Positions 51,172 to 63,760 of a stretch of 64,000 nt of DNA are shown here, piece by piece. The translations under genes were made by a program, and so were the position numbers. This stretch comes from Chiloscyllium plagiosum. Lineage: Eukaryota. The DNA lies in the NCBI RefSeq assembly GCF_004010195.1, contig NC_057719.1, forward strand, positions 71,402,831-71,466,830, given 5' to 3'. The notes below the pieces were generated by a model. That model had not been told where the DNA came from, ran no database searches, and worked only from the letters and a program-made list of their open reading frames with translations. Positions within the stretch are counted from its first letter, which is position 1. Each line of letters begins with the position of its first letter.

Positions 51172-53012
51172 AAATGTAGATGGATGGGTTAGTAAGTTTG
51201 CAGACAAAACAAAGATCGGTGGATGTGTGGATAGTGTAGAAGGTTGTCAAAGGATATAGATTAGTTGCAGATATGGGCAGAGAAATGGCTGATGGAGTTT
51301 AATCTGGATAAATGTGAGGTGCTGCACCTTCAGGGATCAAATGTTAAGGAAAGGTATACAGTTAATGGCAGTATCCTGAACAATAATGATGTACAGAAGG
51401 ATCTTGGGATTCCAATCCACAGCTCCCTGAAAGTGGCCACACAAGTAGATAGGGTGGTAAAAAAGACATATGACATGCTTGCCTTTATTGGTTGGGGAAA
51501 GTGAGATGCTGCAGATCAGAGTTGAAGAGTGTGGTGCTGGAAAAGCACAGCTGATCAGGCAGCATCCGAGGAGCAGGAGAGTTGACGTTTTGAGCATAAG
51601 CCCTTCAACAGGAATTAAGAGATGGCCCAAGGGGGATGAGAGATAAGATCTGGGATAAGGTAGGGGAAGGGGAAAGGGGGAAACTGGTGAAATTGACATT
51701 GATCCCGTGTGTTTGGATGGTCCCAAGGCGGATGATGAGGCGTTCTTCATCCAGGAATCAGGTGGCTAGAGTTTGGTGGTGGAGGAGGTCCTTGCATGTC
51801 CTTAGCAGAGTGGGAGGGGGAGTTAGAAGCTTCAGCCACAGGATGGTGGGGTTGTTAAGTGTATGTGCCCTGGAGGGATTCTCTAAAACATTCTGCAAGT
51901 TGGTGTCTTGTCACCCCAGTGTAGAGGAGACCACATCAAGAGCAACTGACATAGTAGATGATGTGTGTGAAAGTACAGGTAAATCTCTGTCAGATATGGA
52001 AGGATCCTTTGGGGCCTTGGATAGTGGTGGCAGGATAAGGTGCTGGGAGTGGAGGGTGGGTTGGTGGGGAGCGTGGACCTAACAAGGGAGTCACAGAGGG
52101 AATGGTCTCTCTGGAACACAGATAGGGGTGGGGAAGGAAATATATCCCTGGTGATGAGGTCTATGGCAGAAATGGTGGAGGATGATGCAATCTGGAGGTT
52201 GGTGAGGTGGGAGGTGAGGAACAGGGGGATTCTGCCTTTGTTGCGATTGGAGGGGTGGGTTTCAAGGGTGGAGGTGCAGAAAGTGGAGGAGATGCATTGG
52301 AGGAGATCGTCGACCAAGTGGAAGGGGAAATTGCAGTCTTTGAAGAAGGAGGCCATCAGGGATGATCTATGGTGGATTTGGTCCTCCTGGGAACAGATGG
52401 GATAGAGGCAGAGGAATTAGGAATAAGGGATAGCATTTTTACAGGAGTTAAAAACATTGAATACAAGAGTCAGCATGTTATGTTGCAGGGTTATAAGACT
52501 TTGGTTAGGCCACACTCAGAGTATTACATTCATTTCTGGTTGGCTTATTTCAGGCTTTGGAGGTTTTGGAGAGGATGCAGAAGAGGTTGACCAGAATGCT
52601 GCCTGGATTAGAAGGTATGAGCTATAAGTAGAGGCTAAAAACACTCGGGTTGTTTTGTTTGGAAGACCTGATAGAAGTCTATAAAATTATGAGAAGCATA
52701 GATAGGGTTGACAGTCAGAATCTTTTTCCCAGAGTTGAAATGCCTAAAACTAGGGACCATGCAATTAAGGTGAGGCAGGGAAGGTTCAAAGGAGATGTGA
52801 GGGGCAAGTTTTTTACAAACAGATTCGTCGGAGTGTGGAATGCACTGACAGAGGTGGTGGTGGAGGCAGATAAGCACATTGATATGCAAGGAATGGAAAG
52901 ATATGGAGCAAGGGCAGGCAGAAGGGACTAGTTTAATTTGGTGTCATGTTAAGTACAAGATCATAGGCTGAAAGGCGCATCCCTGGGCTGTACTGTTCTA
53001 TGTTCTATGTTC
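51172..53012 (+). mobile_element. CR1 LINE 3' portion, split by a Penelope-like element
   Basis: ORF 51265-51504 WAEKWLMEFNLDKC; resumes about 52447 (YKTLVRPH; DLIEVYKIMR); tail ttctatgttctatgttc. Confidence 0.88.
51497..52446 (-). mobile_element. Penelope-like element 3' portion (linker, GIY-YIG endonuclease remnant, family A pLTR)
   Basis: ORF 51883-52356 RIPLFLTSH...IFPSPPLSVFQRDHSLCDSLVRS; alternate frame GPKGSFHI*QRFTCTFTHIIYYVSCS*CGLLYTGVTRHQLAECFRE; family A terminal motif at 51497-51615. Confidence 0.88.
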
Positions 53013-53101
53013 ATCCCATCTAAATCCACTTGTCCTCCTGACAAGTTACATTCCCACAAAGTTTGGTACATCTGAAAGCTTGGGACTATTACAATTGACC
53101 C

Positions 53102-53619
53102 TGTGCGAGATATGCGGCTGTCCAGCCCCATCTCCGGCACTTTTATTTCCCTTCCCAGGAACAAAGACACGGAGGAGTCTGTCCAAAACTTTTCATTCAA
53201 CTTTGCAAAGTCGGGTGCGAAAATGGTACACACCCCTTAATAATAATCTCCACACATTATATACACGTAAATGTGGGCTGGGTCTCCTACTGCTGTCTTG
53301 ACCAACAAGTGCTAGGGTTCCCCACTGTTTTCCTTATTTGGGTTCTGGTGCCTGCGATTATTTTGTTACTCACTTGGCCAATCAGTGTTCGAGTTCCCCG
53401 TTCTTTCCTTATATGGATGATGTTGTACAACTGTGGTTAAGGGCGGTCTCTCAGCTATCGAGGAAAGCTGTTACAATTGTTTCATTCATAAAAACATGGG
53501 GGAGGTCCAGTACCAGTTTCGAGTGTCTGCTTGTGTTTACTATAAGGCACTTGTGTTTACTATAAGGTAGAAAAGACTAAAATGCAGCTAACCGTTTAAA
53601 AATTACACTACCCCCTACA
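53102..53619 (-). mobile_element. Solo LTR (Gypsy or ERV1 type)
   Basis: TGT...ACA ends, 4-bp TSD accc at 53098-53101 and 53620-53623, host CR1 is contiguous across it; minus-strand TATATAA 53257-53263 and AATAAA 53142-53147. Confidence 0.8.
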
Positions 53620-54294
53620 ACCCTCACATCCAAATCATTGATATAGATTGCGGAACAGCTACTGCCCGAACACTGATCCTCAGGGTGCTCCATTAGTCAA
53701 GGCCTGCTGACCTGAGAATGATCCATTTATTCCTATTCTCCACTTCCTGCCTGTAGACCAACCTCAATCCATGCTGTTATATTACCCATAACCTCATCTG
53801 CTTTGATTTCAACAAACTATTAGATTTGTCAAATATGATTTTGCCTTCAGGAATCCATGCTGACTCTGTCCAAACAAACAATTATTTTCTAAATATTCAG
53901 TAATCACATCCTTTATAATAGATGTTGGTATTTTCCTTATAACTGACAACAGGTCTGTAGTTGCCATTTTCTGTCCTTCTCCTTTCCTTCAAAAGGAATT
54001 ACATTTGCAATATTCTCATCTGCCAACACCATCGCAGATTAAAAGTTTGAGAGATTATCACCAATGCATCTACTACCTCTGCCATAATTTCTTTCAACAC
54101 ATGAGGATGAAGGTCGATGGGTGCTAGGGATTTGGTAACTTCCTATCCCATAATTCCTCCAATTTTTCTTCTTTTAGTAATACTCATTTCTTTCTTCAGA
54201 CTTTCTCCAAACTTTGTGCTCCTAATTATTTCAAGGAAACCTCTTGTGGCTTGTTTTGTGAATACAGACATAAAGTACTTAAGTTAGCTCAAAG

Positions 54295-54452
54295 GAAAAC
54301 AGAAATAAATGGAGAAACTAAGCAGGTCTGGCTGCATCTGAAAGGCAGAGTCAACATTTTAGGTACAGAGACCCTTCTTCAGGACTGATCATGGCTGGTA
54401 TATATACTGAAGATGGGGAGTGGGGAAGGTGTACATGGAGCCCAGAGAAAAA

Positions 54453-54483
<31 letters not shown>

Positions 54484-54485
54484 TA

Positions 54486-54520
<35 letters not shown>

Positions 54521-54945
54521 ACAGCAGTGGAGGAGACAAAGGAATGGATTGTGGTGAGCCAGGAAGAAAGAAAAGTTGCTAATGGGTGTAAATTGATTGT
54601 TTGTGATGACAAGACCTGGTGTGTGGGGGTGGGGGAAGGACATGGAAGAAGGTGCTCAGGCTCTATAATTATTGAACTGGATATCGAGTCCTGAGGGCTG
54701 CAGAAAATTAGATATTGTTCTTCCTGATTGTGCTGAGCTCCACTGGAGCACTGCAGCAAGGCTGAGATAGAGATGTTGGCAAAGAACGTGGTGATGTGTT
54801 GAAATGGCAGGTAGTCAGGGGTCATTTTTGCTGACAGAATGTAGGTGTTCCTCAAAGTGGTCGTCCAACCTGTGTTTCATCTCCCTGATGTAGAGGAGAC
54901 CACATTGCAAACAGCGAATACAGTTGACTTGATTGAGTGAAGTTC
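54295..54945 (-). mobile_element. Penelope-like element remnant (GIY-YIG and pLTR), older
   Basis: VNCIRCLQCGLLYIREMKHRLDDHFEEHL at about 54841-54927; decayed hammerhead cctgaagaagggtctctgtacctaaaatgttg near 54350-54385. Confidence 0.8.
54448..54520. repeat. (AG)n microsatellite
   Basis: Imperfect AG dinucleotide run inside the Penelope-like remnant. Confidence 0.95.
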
Positions 54946-55321
54946 TGTTTTCATCCTGATTACCTCAGTTCTTTGTTTTTACTTAATTCAGCTTCTCTAT
55001 TTCCTACTATAAATTCTCCTTTCTCTGCCCGTAATGGACTGACATTTGTCTTTACTGATCTCCTCATTTTTACATACCGAAATAAGTTTTTATAATCTGT
55101 TTTTATGTTTCTGACTATTTTACATTCATATGTTTTTATAAGATTTTTGGTCCTCCTTTCCTGAATTCTAAAATTCCCCAACTCCTAAGGCTTGTAAAAC
55201 TTTGAGCCAATTTATAAATCTCCTTCTTTCATCTCGTACTACCGTTACACTTCCTTGGTAGCCATGGCTCTCTCTCTTTTTCTGTTGAATAATTTGGCCT
55301 TAAAGAGGAATAATCTGACCA

Positions 55322-55850
55322 GTAAGACATAGGAGCAGAAGGAGGCCATTCAGCCCATGGAGTCTGCTCTGCCATTCAAGAGATCATCTGATAATCTGAT
55401 AATCCTCAACTGCCCTTTCCCATTTTGTCCACATACCCTGAAATTCCCTTCTTGATTAAAAATCTGTCCATCTCAGCTTTGAATACACTCAGCCTCAAAA
55501 CGCTTCAAATCTGCAGTAACAATTCCACAGATTGACTACTCTCCAAGAGAAAACATATCCTCATTTCGGTCTTAAATAAGTGACCCCAGATTTTCTCACA
55601 AGTGGAAACAACATTTCTGCACCCACCCTATCAAGCCCCCAAGAATCTTACGTATTTTAAAAGCTCTCCTCTTATTCCTCTCAGCTCCGATGAGTACAAG
55701 CTCCAAGTGACTTTGAAGATGCTGGTGTTGGACTGGGATACACAAAGTTAAAAATCACACAACACCCAAACCAGTTGGACTATAACCTGGTGTTGTGTGA
55801 TTTTTAACAAAGCTCAATCTACTCAACCTCTCCTCATAAGAAAACCGATA
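55322..55850 (-). mobile_element. CR1 3' fragment with a family B Penelope-like insert (about 55712-55808)
   Basis: taagacataggagcagaaggaggccattcagccc tail; insert ggtgttggactggg...gttaaaaatcacacaacacc...ggtgttgtgtgatttttaac. Confidence 0.75.
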
Positions 55851-58814
55851 ACCTGATTCAACCTGCTGAGAAATGTATGTTTTGTTTTTAAAGCCAAACA
55901 TTAATTGTTACAAACTAGCCATTACTCATCTACCACCAACCCTCTTAATGTATTTTCCAAAAGACCAATGCCAATTTCCAGAAATACACGGCTCCTACAT
56001 ATCACTTCACAGGATTGCGCTTGCTGAATATTTGAGGAAGTCATTTACATGTCATTGGTAAACTTCTAAGCTATAGCATTTAAATCACACAATTATTTTA
56101 TGGTTAAGACTGTATTTTAAATGATTTGGATGGAGCACTTTAAAAGTCAGAGTAATTGTCTACTGCTACACTTGAATGTCCATTTGTACATCATTATGCT
56201 CACTAGGGTCAGGTATGGCTGACTCAATGCATTTATAAAAAGTTACTCACGTGCCCTGCAAAGAAAACATTGACTCTGTGATATGGTGGAGAAGAGAAGG
56301 TAGGACAGAAACCCAACCTCAACATTTATTAGAATGTCCCAGGGGATTAGCATTTCTGTCAGGTAATCAGATTCTACAGAGAAGCTCATTACTTCCCAGT
56401 TGGCCTGGTGCTATTCATTTTGTGCAACATATATTCTTGTGTGTATTGAATAATAAATCAGCTAATGCTGCTGTGTCTCTTGGTAGTGCAGACAGCAATT
56501 AGGTACTCCGAAAAACAATAAATGTAATTGACTAGCTAATTCAAATTAAAAAAAAGGAATGATTTGATGCTTTCAGTAACTTGAGAAGACTCTAGAATCG
56601 GAAAATGTCCAATGAATTGTGTTGTTACAATGGACTCGGGCTGATATGTCATTGAGATGTTGTACCAGCCAAAAGCCAAACTATTTTATTATGGATTGTT
56701 GCAAACAGGAAAGGAACTCCTAATAAATTGGTGGTATGAGCCTTTACTTAGACTCAATAAGCCTATAATTGTGTGGCATTTAGTTGTTTGCTTACAAGTT
56801 CATTTCCTTTCACTTTACCATTCCATACATACCATGAGTAAATAAATATGGGTCCAATTACATTCTGAGGGAGGACAACGTTTGGTGAGGCAAACCTTGG
56901 GCTCCACTGCAAATAGCAATGACAAATTTTGCAAAATAATTACAGGGTTTTGTCCAGGTTAAGCATGTCAATACATCCTCCCAAGCTTCTATCCTAGAAA
57001 ATAACAGATTGCAAAGGAAGGAGCAGTCTTACACTTGTACTTGACAAGTGTAGAGTCAAGCTGTGCCCTGTTTATCAGTCTGGGAAACAGAAGTGCTCTG
57101 TTCAGTAAAAATGTATAAAGAGATTCCTTATAAAGACTGAGGTTTTGACTCAGTACCCAATTTGATCTAATGATATTTACCAGTGGTCTGTGAAAGCTTT
57201 CAGTTTGATCGAGGTCTCAGAATTCATCAAGTACTTCATGAACATAATTTACTGAAAGAGATCATTTTACTTAACTATTGCCTGTACTTTGTCTTGCTGT
57301 ATTAAATGCTTGGGGTGAGGGGGTTAGCCTGAGTGAAGGCAGAGCCAATTCCAACCTGCATCAGTGTCCACAAATGAAGAGAAAACACGATGCAAAATTT
57401 TACATGATAATTGCTGTTCTTGCCCAATTTGTTTTCATTTAGGCCTTCAGTCCTAAGCCCACAGGGACACCTAGTATTCTGTATGACATAACTTTTTCAG
57501 CCTCTCCAGATCAATAGTACTGTGAACACGCACCATACCATCATGTCACAATATTTCAACTTCCATATACTTACAAATTGAAGAACAATTGACTATCATC
57601 ATTGATGCATCAAGGTTTCTGAAAATAGGGGCTGAATTGAGTTTCTTCTATCCACTCTCATATGTAATTAATACATAAAATGTTCTGTAACATGGTACAG
57701 CCAGTTCTTATTAAATGATGAACTGCTTTCATTTTGTAGATGTAAGAATAGCACAAATCACAACATATGCTGATGGTGTGCAATCTTTAGCTGTGAACAT
57801 GATAAAATGTGTCATTTTGTCTACAATGCATCTAGTTAAAGAAGGTTATTCATCTGAATGTTGCTGTATTACTACAATATAAAAGGACAAAGTCTGTAAT
57901 GTAATAGTGTTTCCACTTTGCCTTTATTCTCTTATTTAATGGTTTGTAACCTGACCATGTGCAGCCTCAAGCCTGAGCTGAACTTCATAAGAACCATCAG
58001 CACAACTGCCTAATTCTATCTCTGCAACATAAACTGCTTTTACACTATTATACTCCATTTCTGCTACTGAAGTCCAGATACTTCCATTACAGACAATGCC
58101 TTCTTCATGTCTTCCTGTGCCTAATCTTATTCAATATTCTGTCATTTTCCACCTGTCTAAATCTTTTGTCTTCAACTCCGAATGTTATCAGCCTCCACTA
58201 GCTCCAAACTCTGATTCATTTAATCAAAATACTCATCCTTGTTTAATAAACTATTGGCTTGTTTTATATTTCTGCGTATTATTTGCCACATCCATGAAAC
58301 AATCCCTTATTCTGTTTACCCTGGTATTTGAGCATAGTCTCATCCCACATCAATTCTGACCAATAAAACTTCAACAATTGTCAGCCTAATATCAAGAACT
58401 CATTTTCTAAACAGCTCTGCCATGTTGATTCTCTCCCTAAAAATTATCCTGAAATCCTTTTGTTGCTTTTGACTGTTTTCTCCTAGCTTTCCTATTACTG
58501 CTTGGCATCTGTTTCTTTTTCTGTGAAGGGGCCTTGAACTTCTCAAGATGCAAATCAATGCAAGTAGTTGCTGCTCAGAGACAAACCAGAGCTAGACATT
58601 TTGCTTGAAATGTCCTCTTCCTTCCATGAACCTTTCATGTAGTGACATTATGAGCTAGGTGTATTGCCTAAGACCCATTGTATTATGGAATGAAACCGGC
58701 AGCTTTAACCCAATCCATTAGTTGGCATGCATATGTGTCATATTTAGCAAAATACAGCCAAACCAAATGTATCTATTTTCCAACAATCTGTGCACATTGT
58801 AATCACGGTCAAAC

Positions 58815-59013
58815 CTTATTGTGCGGTTTGCATCATCCTGTTCATGGTCCTGCATATCACCGTTGTCACCATGACTCTCTGGGATTAATAGTTCAGAGTC
58901 GTGAGATATAGACTCTTCCATGTCATTTATAAATCCACTGTTCTTTTCAACGTCATTGTCATCATTTCCTTCTTCCATTACTACATCTGATTCTGCACCA
59001 GGACTAAGCAAAT
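58815..59013 (-). CDS. prkd1: Protein kinase D1, coding exon (about exon 7), acidic linker
   Basis: (D)[26 protein letters not shown]...[13 protein letters not shown](S); acceptor ttaatag, donor gtttga; 199 nt, phases fit both neighbours. Confidence 0.95.
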
Positions 59014-59354
59014 CTATTAAAATACACAAGCCACATAAACCAATCACAAATTTTGTTGATGATGCCGTGACATTCATCTAATATATAAGTGCCAGTTAAA
59101 GAGAAACATGTCTAGGATTCCATAGACTTTATAAATGAACACATGTAATAGTTAGATGCCAAGGAAACATTTCCTCTTGGCATTTGGCATCAGGTGTACA
59201 ATTTCTTGACAGTTTAAATGATGTATGAATAGATTCCACAGGTGATGGCTCACCAAATCAGGTACTTGTGTGAAATATTCAAGTAATTTTTTGTGAAAAA
59301 AGGAGTCAAGACTTTCCTTCAGAAAATAAAACTTCAATGATAAGTCCTAATAGT

Positions 59355-59700
59355 CAGAGCAGGACTTTATCACAGGTTGACATTCAGTACAGTACAGGGG
59401 AAGTGCTGCATTGTTAGAAGTGCTTTTTCTTTTGGATGAAATGCTACATCAGGGCTCACTAAGTTGGAAATTAAACATCTGATTGTCCTATTTTGGAGAA
59501 GAACAGTGAAGTTACTCCTGATGACCTGGCCAATATTTATCCCTCAGTCAATAACACAGAAACAAATAATCTGGCCATTATCATATCGCTGGTCATGGAA
59601 CTTTATTTGCTGTCACATGTCCAAAACTTAATTGACTGTAAAGTCCTTTAAAATACCCAAGAATTATGAAAACTGCTATATAATCACAAGTATTTCATTC
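59355..59700 (+). mobile_element. Deu-domain (SacSINE1/AmnSINE1-like) SINE inside the GC-AG intron
   Basis: gaagtgctgcattgttagaagtgc...ggatgaaatg...gaagaacag...cctggccaatatttatccctca core; ends about 40 bp from the exon donor. Confidence 0.65.
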
Positions 59701-59741
59701 TTTGGTTTGAGATGCAGAGAAGAACGTAAGTTCTAACTTGC

Positions 59742-59819
59742 CTCCATTAATAGTCACTTCACCAAGGCAATTATTTGGCACTTTTGGGGCACAACGTTTG
59801 TGACAGTTAAACTTGCAAT
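59742..59819 (-). CDS. prkd1: Protein kinase D1, coding exon (about human exon 6), end of C1b domain
   Basis: Translates (D)[25 protein letters not shown](D); acceptor ctgttag; donor is G|GCAAGT (GC-AG intron); 78 nt, phase 1/1. Upstream exons lie beyond the window. Confidence 0.93.
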
Positions 59820-60669
59820 CTAACAGGAAAGAAATGAAAGATTTAGTTAATAATGTATGAGCAGCTCCTAAAATATTATTAACACAATTCTTTGAAAAGC
59901 AAAAATGCAACATTTGTTGATTAAGTAAAGGAAAACATGGAAATCATGTTTTTAACTTTATAACAATATTTTAATTTTAATAAACATTTGACAATTGATC
60001 TTGGTCATATTCTGTGAAAATTTAAGTAGCTTGTATCCGAGTCAGTTCAGTGGTGCAGTCCACTGTGAGTTCGCACACTGGGAGCATGGAGACACATGGG
60101 AATAACCCTTGATCTCCAGTCAGTATCCAATCACAGATTTGAGACACTAAATTGATGGGAGCTACTTCTACAGAGAGAGAGGTAAGTTAGAAAGAAATAC
60201 ATTTAAATAAGAGTCAATCAATATTTCTGTCTAACATTTTCTGATAGTTAGCTGAAGAGCAGCCTCTCAATAGGAAGGAGGCTGGTGTCTGTTCAATCAG
60301 ATTGGAAATTGCAGCATGGAATAGCACAAAAGAAATTGCACTTCAGTAAACACTAACTTTTCAGTAATGGAGCACATAAAAGGACTATAAAAGTGAGAAA
60401 ATTGATAAGCAGTTTGATAGGAAGATCATGAAATCCTAAGCAAGGAAAGACTTTCAGTACATTAAGACCACTCTATACAAAATTAGTGTTGTATTCTCAG
60501 GCTACTGGGGTCACTAGAAGATTAGCATTTTACTATTTACTAATAACTATTCTAAAAGAAATGTTGGATAATCAGCTTGAAGTGCTGCAGTCACACAAGC
60601 TGGTGAACAGTGAGTTACAAGATATTGATCCAAGTGAAGAAGTGGCAATATTGCCCAACTCAGGATGAT

Positions 60670-61370
60670 CCTGATTGGAGTGGAACTTGGAGGCATTGCT
60701 GTTCCTGTGCTTTTTGATTGGAAATCGCAGGGGTGGGGAAGCCTTGCTATAATATGTCCTGTGGAGAGTACACATGGCAACATGGGTGAATTGAGTGGTT
60801 ATTTAAACTGGTGGATGGAGCACTGAACAAGCAGATTGCTTTGTCCTGAATTGTGCCAAACACCTCATTTTTTCATGACAGATGCAACCATCCAAGCTAA
60901 AAGAGGATGTTTAAAAGCATCACTGACGTGCTTTGCAATTGATGGAGGGGTTTTATGGGAGTCAGGAGGTGAGCCACTTACCACAGAACATGCAGCTGTT
61001 GACCTATTTTTGCTATCACAGTATTTATGTAGCTGGTTCAATTATGTTTCTGGTCAAAATGCACCCCTACCCCACACCCCTAAGGAGCTGATGGCGGGTA
61101 ATTTGACAATGACAATAGCATTAAATGTCAGAGAAAATAGACAGGCTCTCTGTTGCTGCAGATAGGTACGGTTGCTATTTAGTATCTTGAGCCTAGATTT
61201 TCCCAGGCCTTCATGCATGAAACATGGATTGTTGATTTATCAAAGGAATTTTACATGAAGTTAAATGCTTTAATCATCAACAAAAGATCCAACACCTTTA
61301 TAATGGAGAAAATATTGTCAGTTAGTAACTGAAAGTAGATGGGTTTAGGGCACTATCTTGACTGCACTTG
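60670..61370 (-). mobile_element. Degraded 3' remnant of the LINE family seen at 24708-27861
   Basis: ggaacttggaggcattgctgttcc...gggagtcaggaggtgag...tggttcaattatgtttctggtca matches 25130-25750 and 7030-7200. Confidence 0.6.
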
Positions 61371-61504
61371 ATCACTCTTGCATGGACTTCCTTAAAATAT
61401 CAAGGTTATTACAATGGCCTCTCAGTCACTCTTTGACCATTTATGTTTAGTCGTCCAGCATGGTGGTTGTCAGGAACTATCTATTCTTACAGAAAAATAT
61501 ACAT

Positions 61505-61790
61505 ATTGAGAATAGGAGTACGCCATTTGGCCCTTCATGCCTTCTCTGCCATTTGGTAAGATTGTGGCTGCTTTGATTGGGGCCTCAACTCAAGTTTCCT
61601 GCATATCCCTGATATCCTTTGACTTCCTTGTTAATCAACAATCTAGCTCACTCCATCTTGGAAATACTCAATGACCCGACTTAACTGCTCACAGAGGAAG
61701 AGAATTCCACAGACCCACACTCCTCTTAGAGAAAAGAATTACCTTCATCTGCTTCTTAAATGTGAGGCCCTTTATTTTTAAGCTGTATTC
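61505..61790 (-). mobile_element. CR1 LINE 3' fragment
   Basis: aataggagtacgccatttggccc...gagaattccacagacc tail signature. Confidence 0.7.
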
Positions 61791-62479
61791 CCTGAAATAA
61801 CTCAACAGAGTCCAGTATCATGTCAACAAGTCACCCTTTATTGACACATGCATTGTACTTGACACTGGTGCAGATATGTTGGGTCATCAATACCGACTCT
61901 TAAAGCTTTAATTCACATAGATGGAATCCTCTTCTTAATGGCTTAGGACTTCAGGCACATTCAATATAACAACAACATTTTTTATTGATAGTTTTATCAA
62001 ATAAACATTTGTCTTAGTGGGTGCTTGGCAGAATTAATATGTTTGAATTTTTACTCTGCTGCTGAGGGCATAAAATGTGAATGCAATCACACTTCTACTT
62101 TCAATTTGACACAAAAGACTTTCAAGTATGTATTGATGCAATGGCCATAATGGTGTGTGATCTACCCCTGTCATGCATTATACGGTAGAGTCATGAAACC
62201 CCTTTGGGGAACACTTGAGTTTGACGGACTGTAGTGTATGAACATTAATGCAGTGTGACTGGTTCTAAAAATGCCAAGAATGTAGAGTTTATATCTAATG
62301 GTCTCCAAATATCAAGATCATCTGAAAAACAGAATTATGTGCATGCTGGTAACTGTAACTTCTTTGTTACCAATTCCAGTGTAAATGCAGCTTTTTTGCT
62401 TTTAATAGACTTTACCATTCAAACTGCTTAAAATAATTACAGGGTATACTTTCAGATATTTAAATGTGACCTTATTAAG

Positions 62480-63760
62480 AACAAAATCAAAAGCTTCTAG
62501 AAATAATAATTCAGGACAAAATGAATAGTCAATTGGTCAAATTTGGATTAACTGAGCAAAGCCATCATGGAATTATCAAGGAAAATCAAGTAACATTGTG
62601 GAATTATTTTTGATGAGGAGCCAGAGAGGGTTGATGAGTGCAATGCTGTTAATATGCTGTACATGGACTCCTGAAACTCATTGAATACATCTCCGAGCAA
62701 AGTGAGACATCATGGAATGGAAGAAATAGTAGCAACATAGTTATGAAATTGGCTGAGTAACTGGGAACAGAATGTATTGGTGAGTTGTTGTTTTTCAGGC
62801 TGGAGGAAAGTTTATTGTTTGATATCCCAGAGTCAGTGTTAGTACTCCTGTTGTTTCTTATATGCGTTAATGGTTGATTTTTGTGTATAGATTGGAATTT
62901 CAAAATTATGGATGATGCAAAATGTGGAAACTTTGCAAATTGTGAGGAAGATAGTCAGTGTAGACCTTCAAAAGGACAGGTTGGTGGAATGGCTGAACAA
63001 GTAGCAGACAAAATAAATTCAGAGAAGTTTGAAATAAATCATTTTGGTAGGAAGAAATCAAAGAGACAATATAAAATGTAGAGCATAATTTTAACAAAAT
63101 GCAGGAGCAGAGGATCTGGATGCATATGTGCATAAATTATTGAAGATGGTAGGACAGCGTCCAGGATTTTATAAACAAGGACACAGAATACAAAAGCAAG
63201 GATATATTAAATTTGTTTAAACACTGTTCAGTCTCACTGCATCCAATTCTTGGCCCCCCAGTTTAGGAAGAATGTGAAAGTGCTAGACAGAGTCCAGAAA
63301 AGGTTCACAAGAATTCTTCCCAAGAAGAGAAGTTTCAGTTACATTAATAGATTAGAGCAGCTGGAACTGTTTCTGGGAGAAGAGACATTCACAGGAGACT
63401 TGATCAAGATAGTTAAAATCATGGAGAGATCTGGACAGAATATCAGCAGTTCTCAGCAGTGGAAGGAGTGAGCCCCAGAGGGAACAGAGTTAAGGTGACT
63501 GGCAAAAGAAGCAAGGCAACATGGAAAAAACATTTTCATTCAGTGAGTACTTAGGGTTTACAATATATTGTTTGAAAGTGTGGTGGAGGCAGGTTCATTC
63601 AACGCACTCAATAACATTATTCCCTGAAAAGGAAGAATATCAAGGACTGTGGGGACATGTCTGGGAGTGGTACAAGGTAAACTGTTCTTTCAGACAGACA
63701 GAACTAACATGATTGGCAGAATAGCCTCCCCCTCTGTATTGTAACCATTCTGTAATTCTA
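62480..63760 (+). mobile_element. CR1 LINE RT and 3' end, degraded
   Basis: ORFs 62881-63081 and 63250-63471 (LDRVQKRFTRILP...GDLIKIVKIM); tail ccattctgtaattcta. Confidence 0.8.

Larger units (their letters stand above)
50955..55300 (-). mobile_element. Old CR1 LINE hosting nested insertions
   Basis: Collinear minus-strand CR1 pieces at 50955-51170, 53013-53101, 53620-54290 and 54950-55300 (ORFs 50958-51146 MEYNMNKSEVIHF and 54960-55181 NIKTDYKNLFRYVK). Confidence 0.8.

Noticed and set aside
53013..53620. 3' transduction carried by the plus-strand CR1
   Set aside because: 53013-53101 is the continuation of the host CR1, and 53102-53619 has its own TG...CA ends and TSD.
57030..57052. 9-bp inverted repeat tacacttgt/acaagtgta
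   Set aside because: Too short to distinguish from chance in 64 kb of AT-rich DNA.
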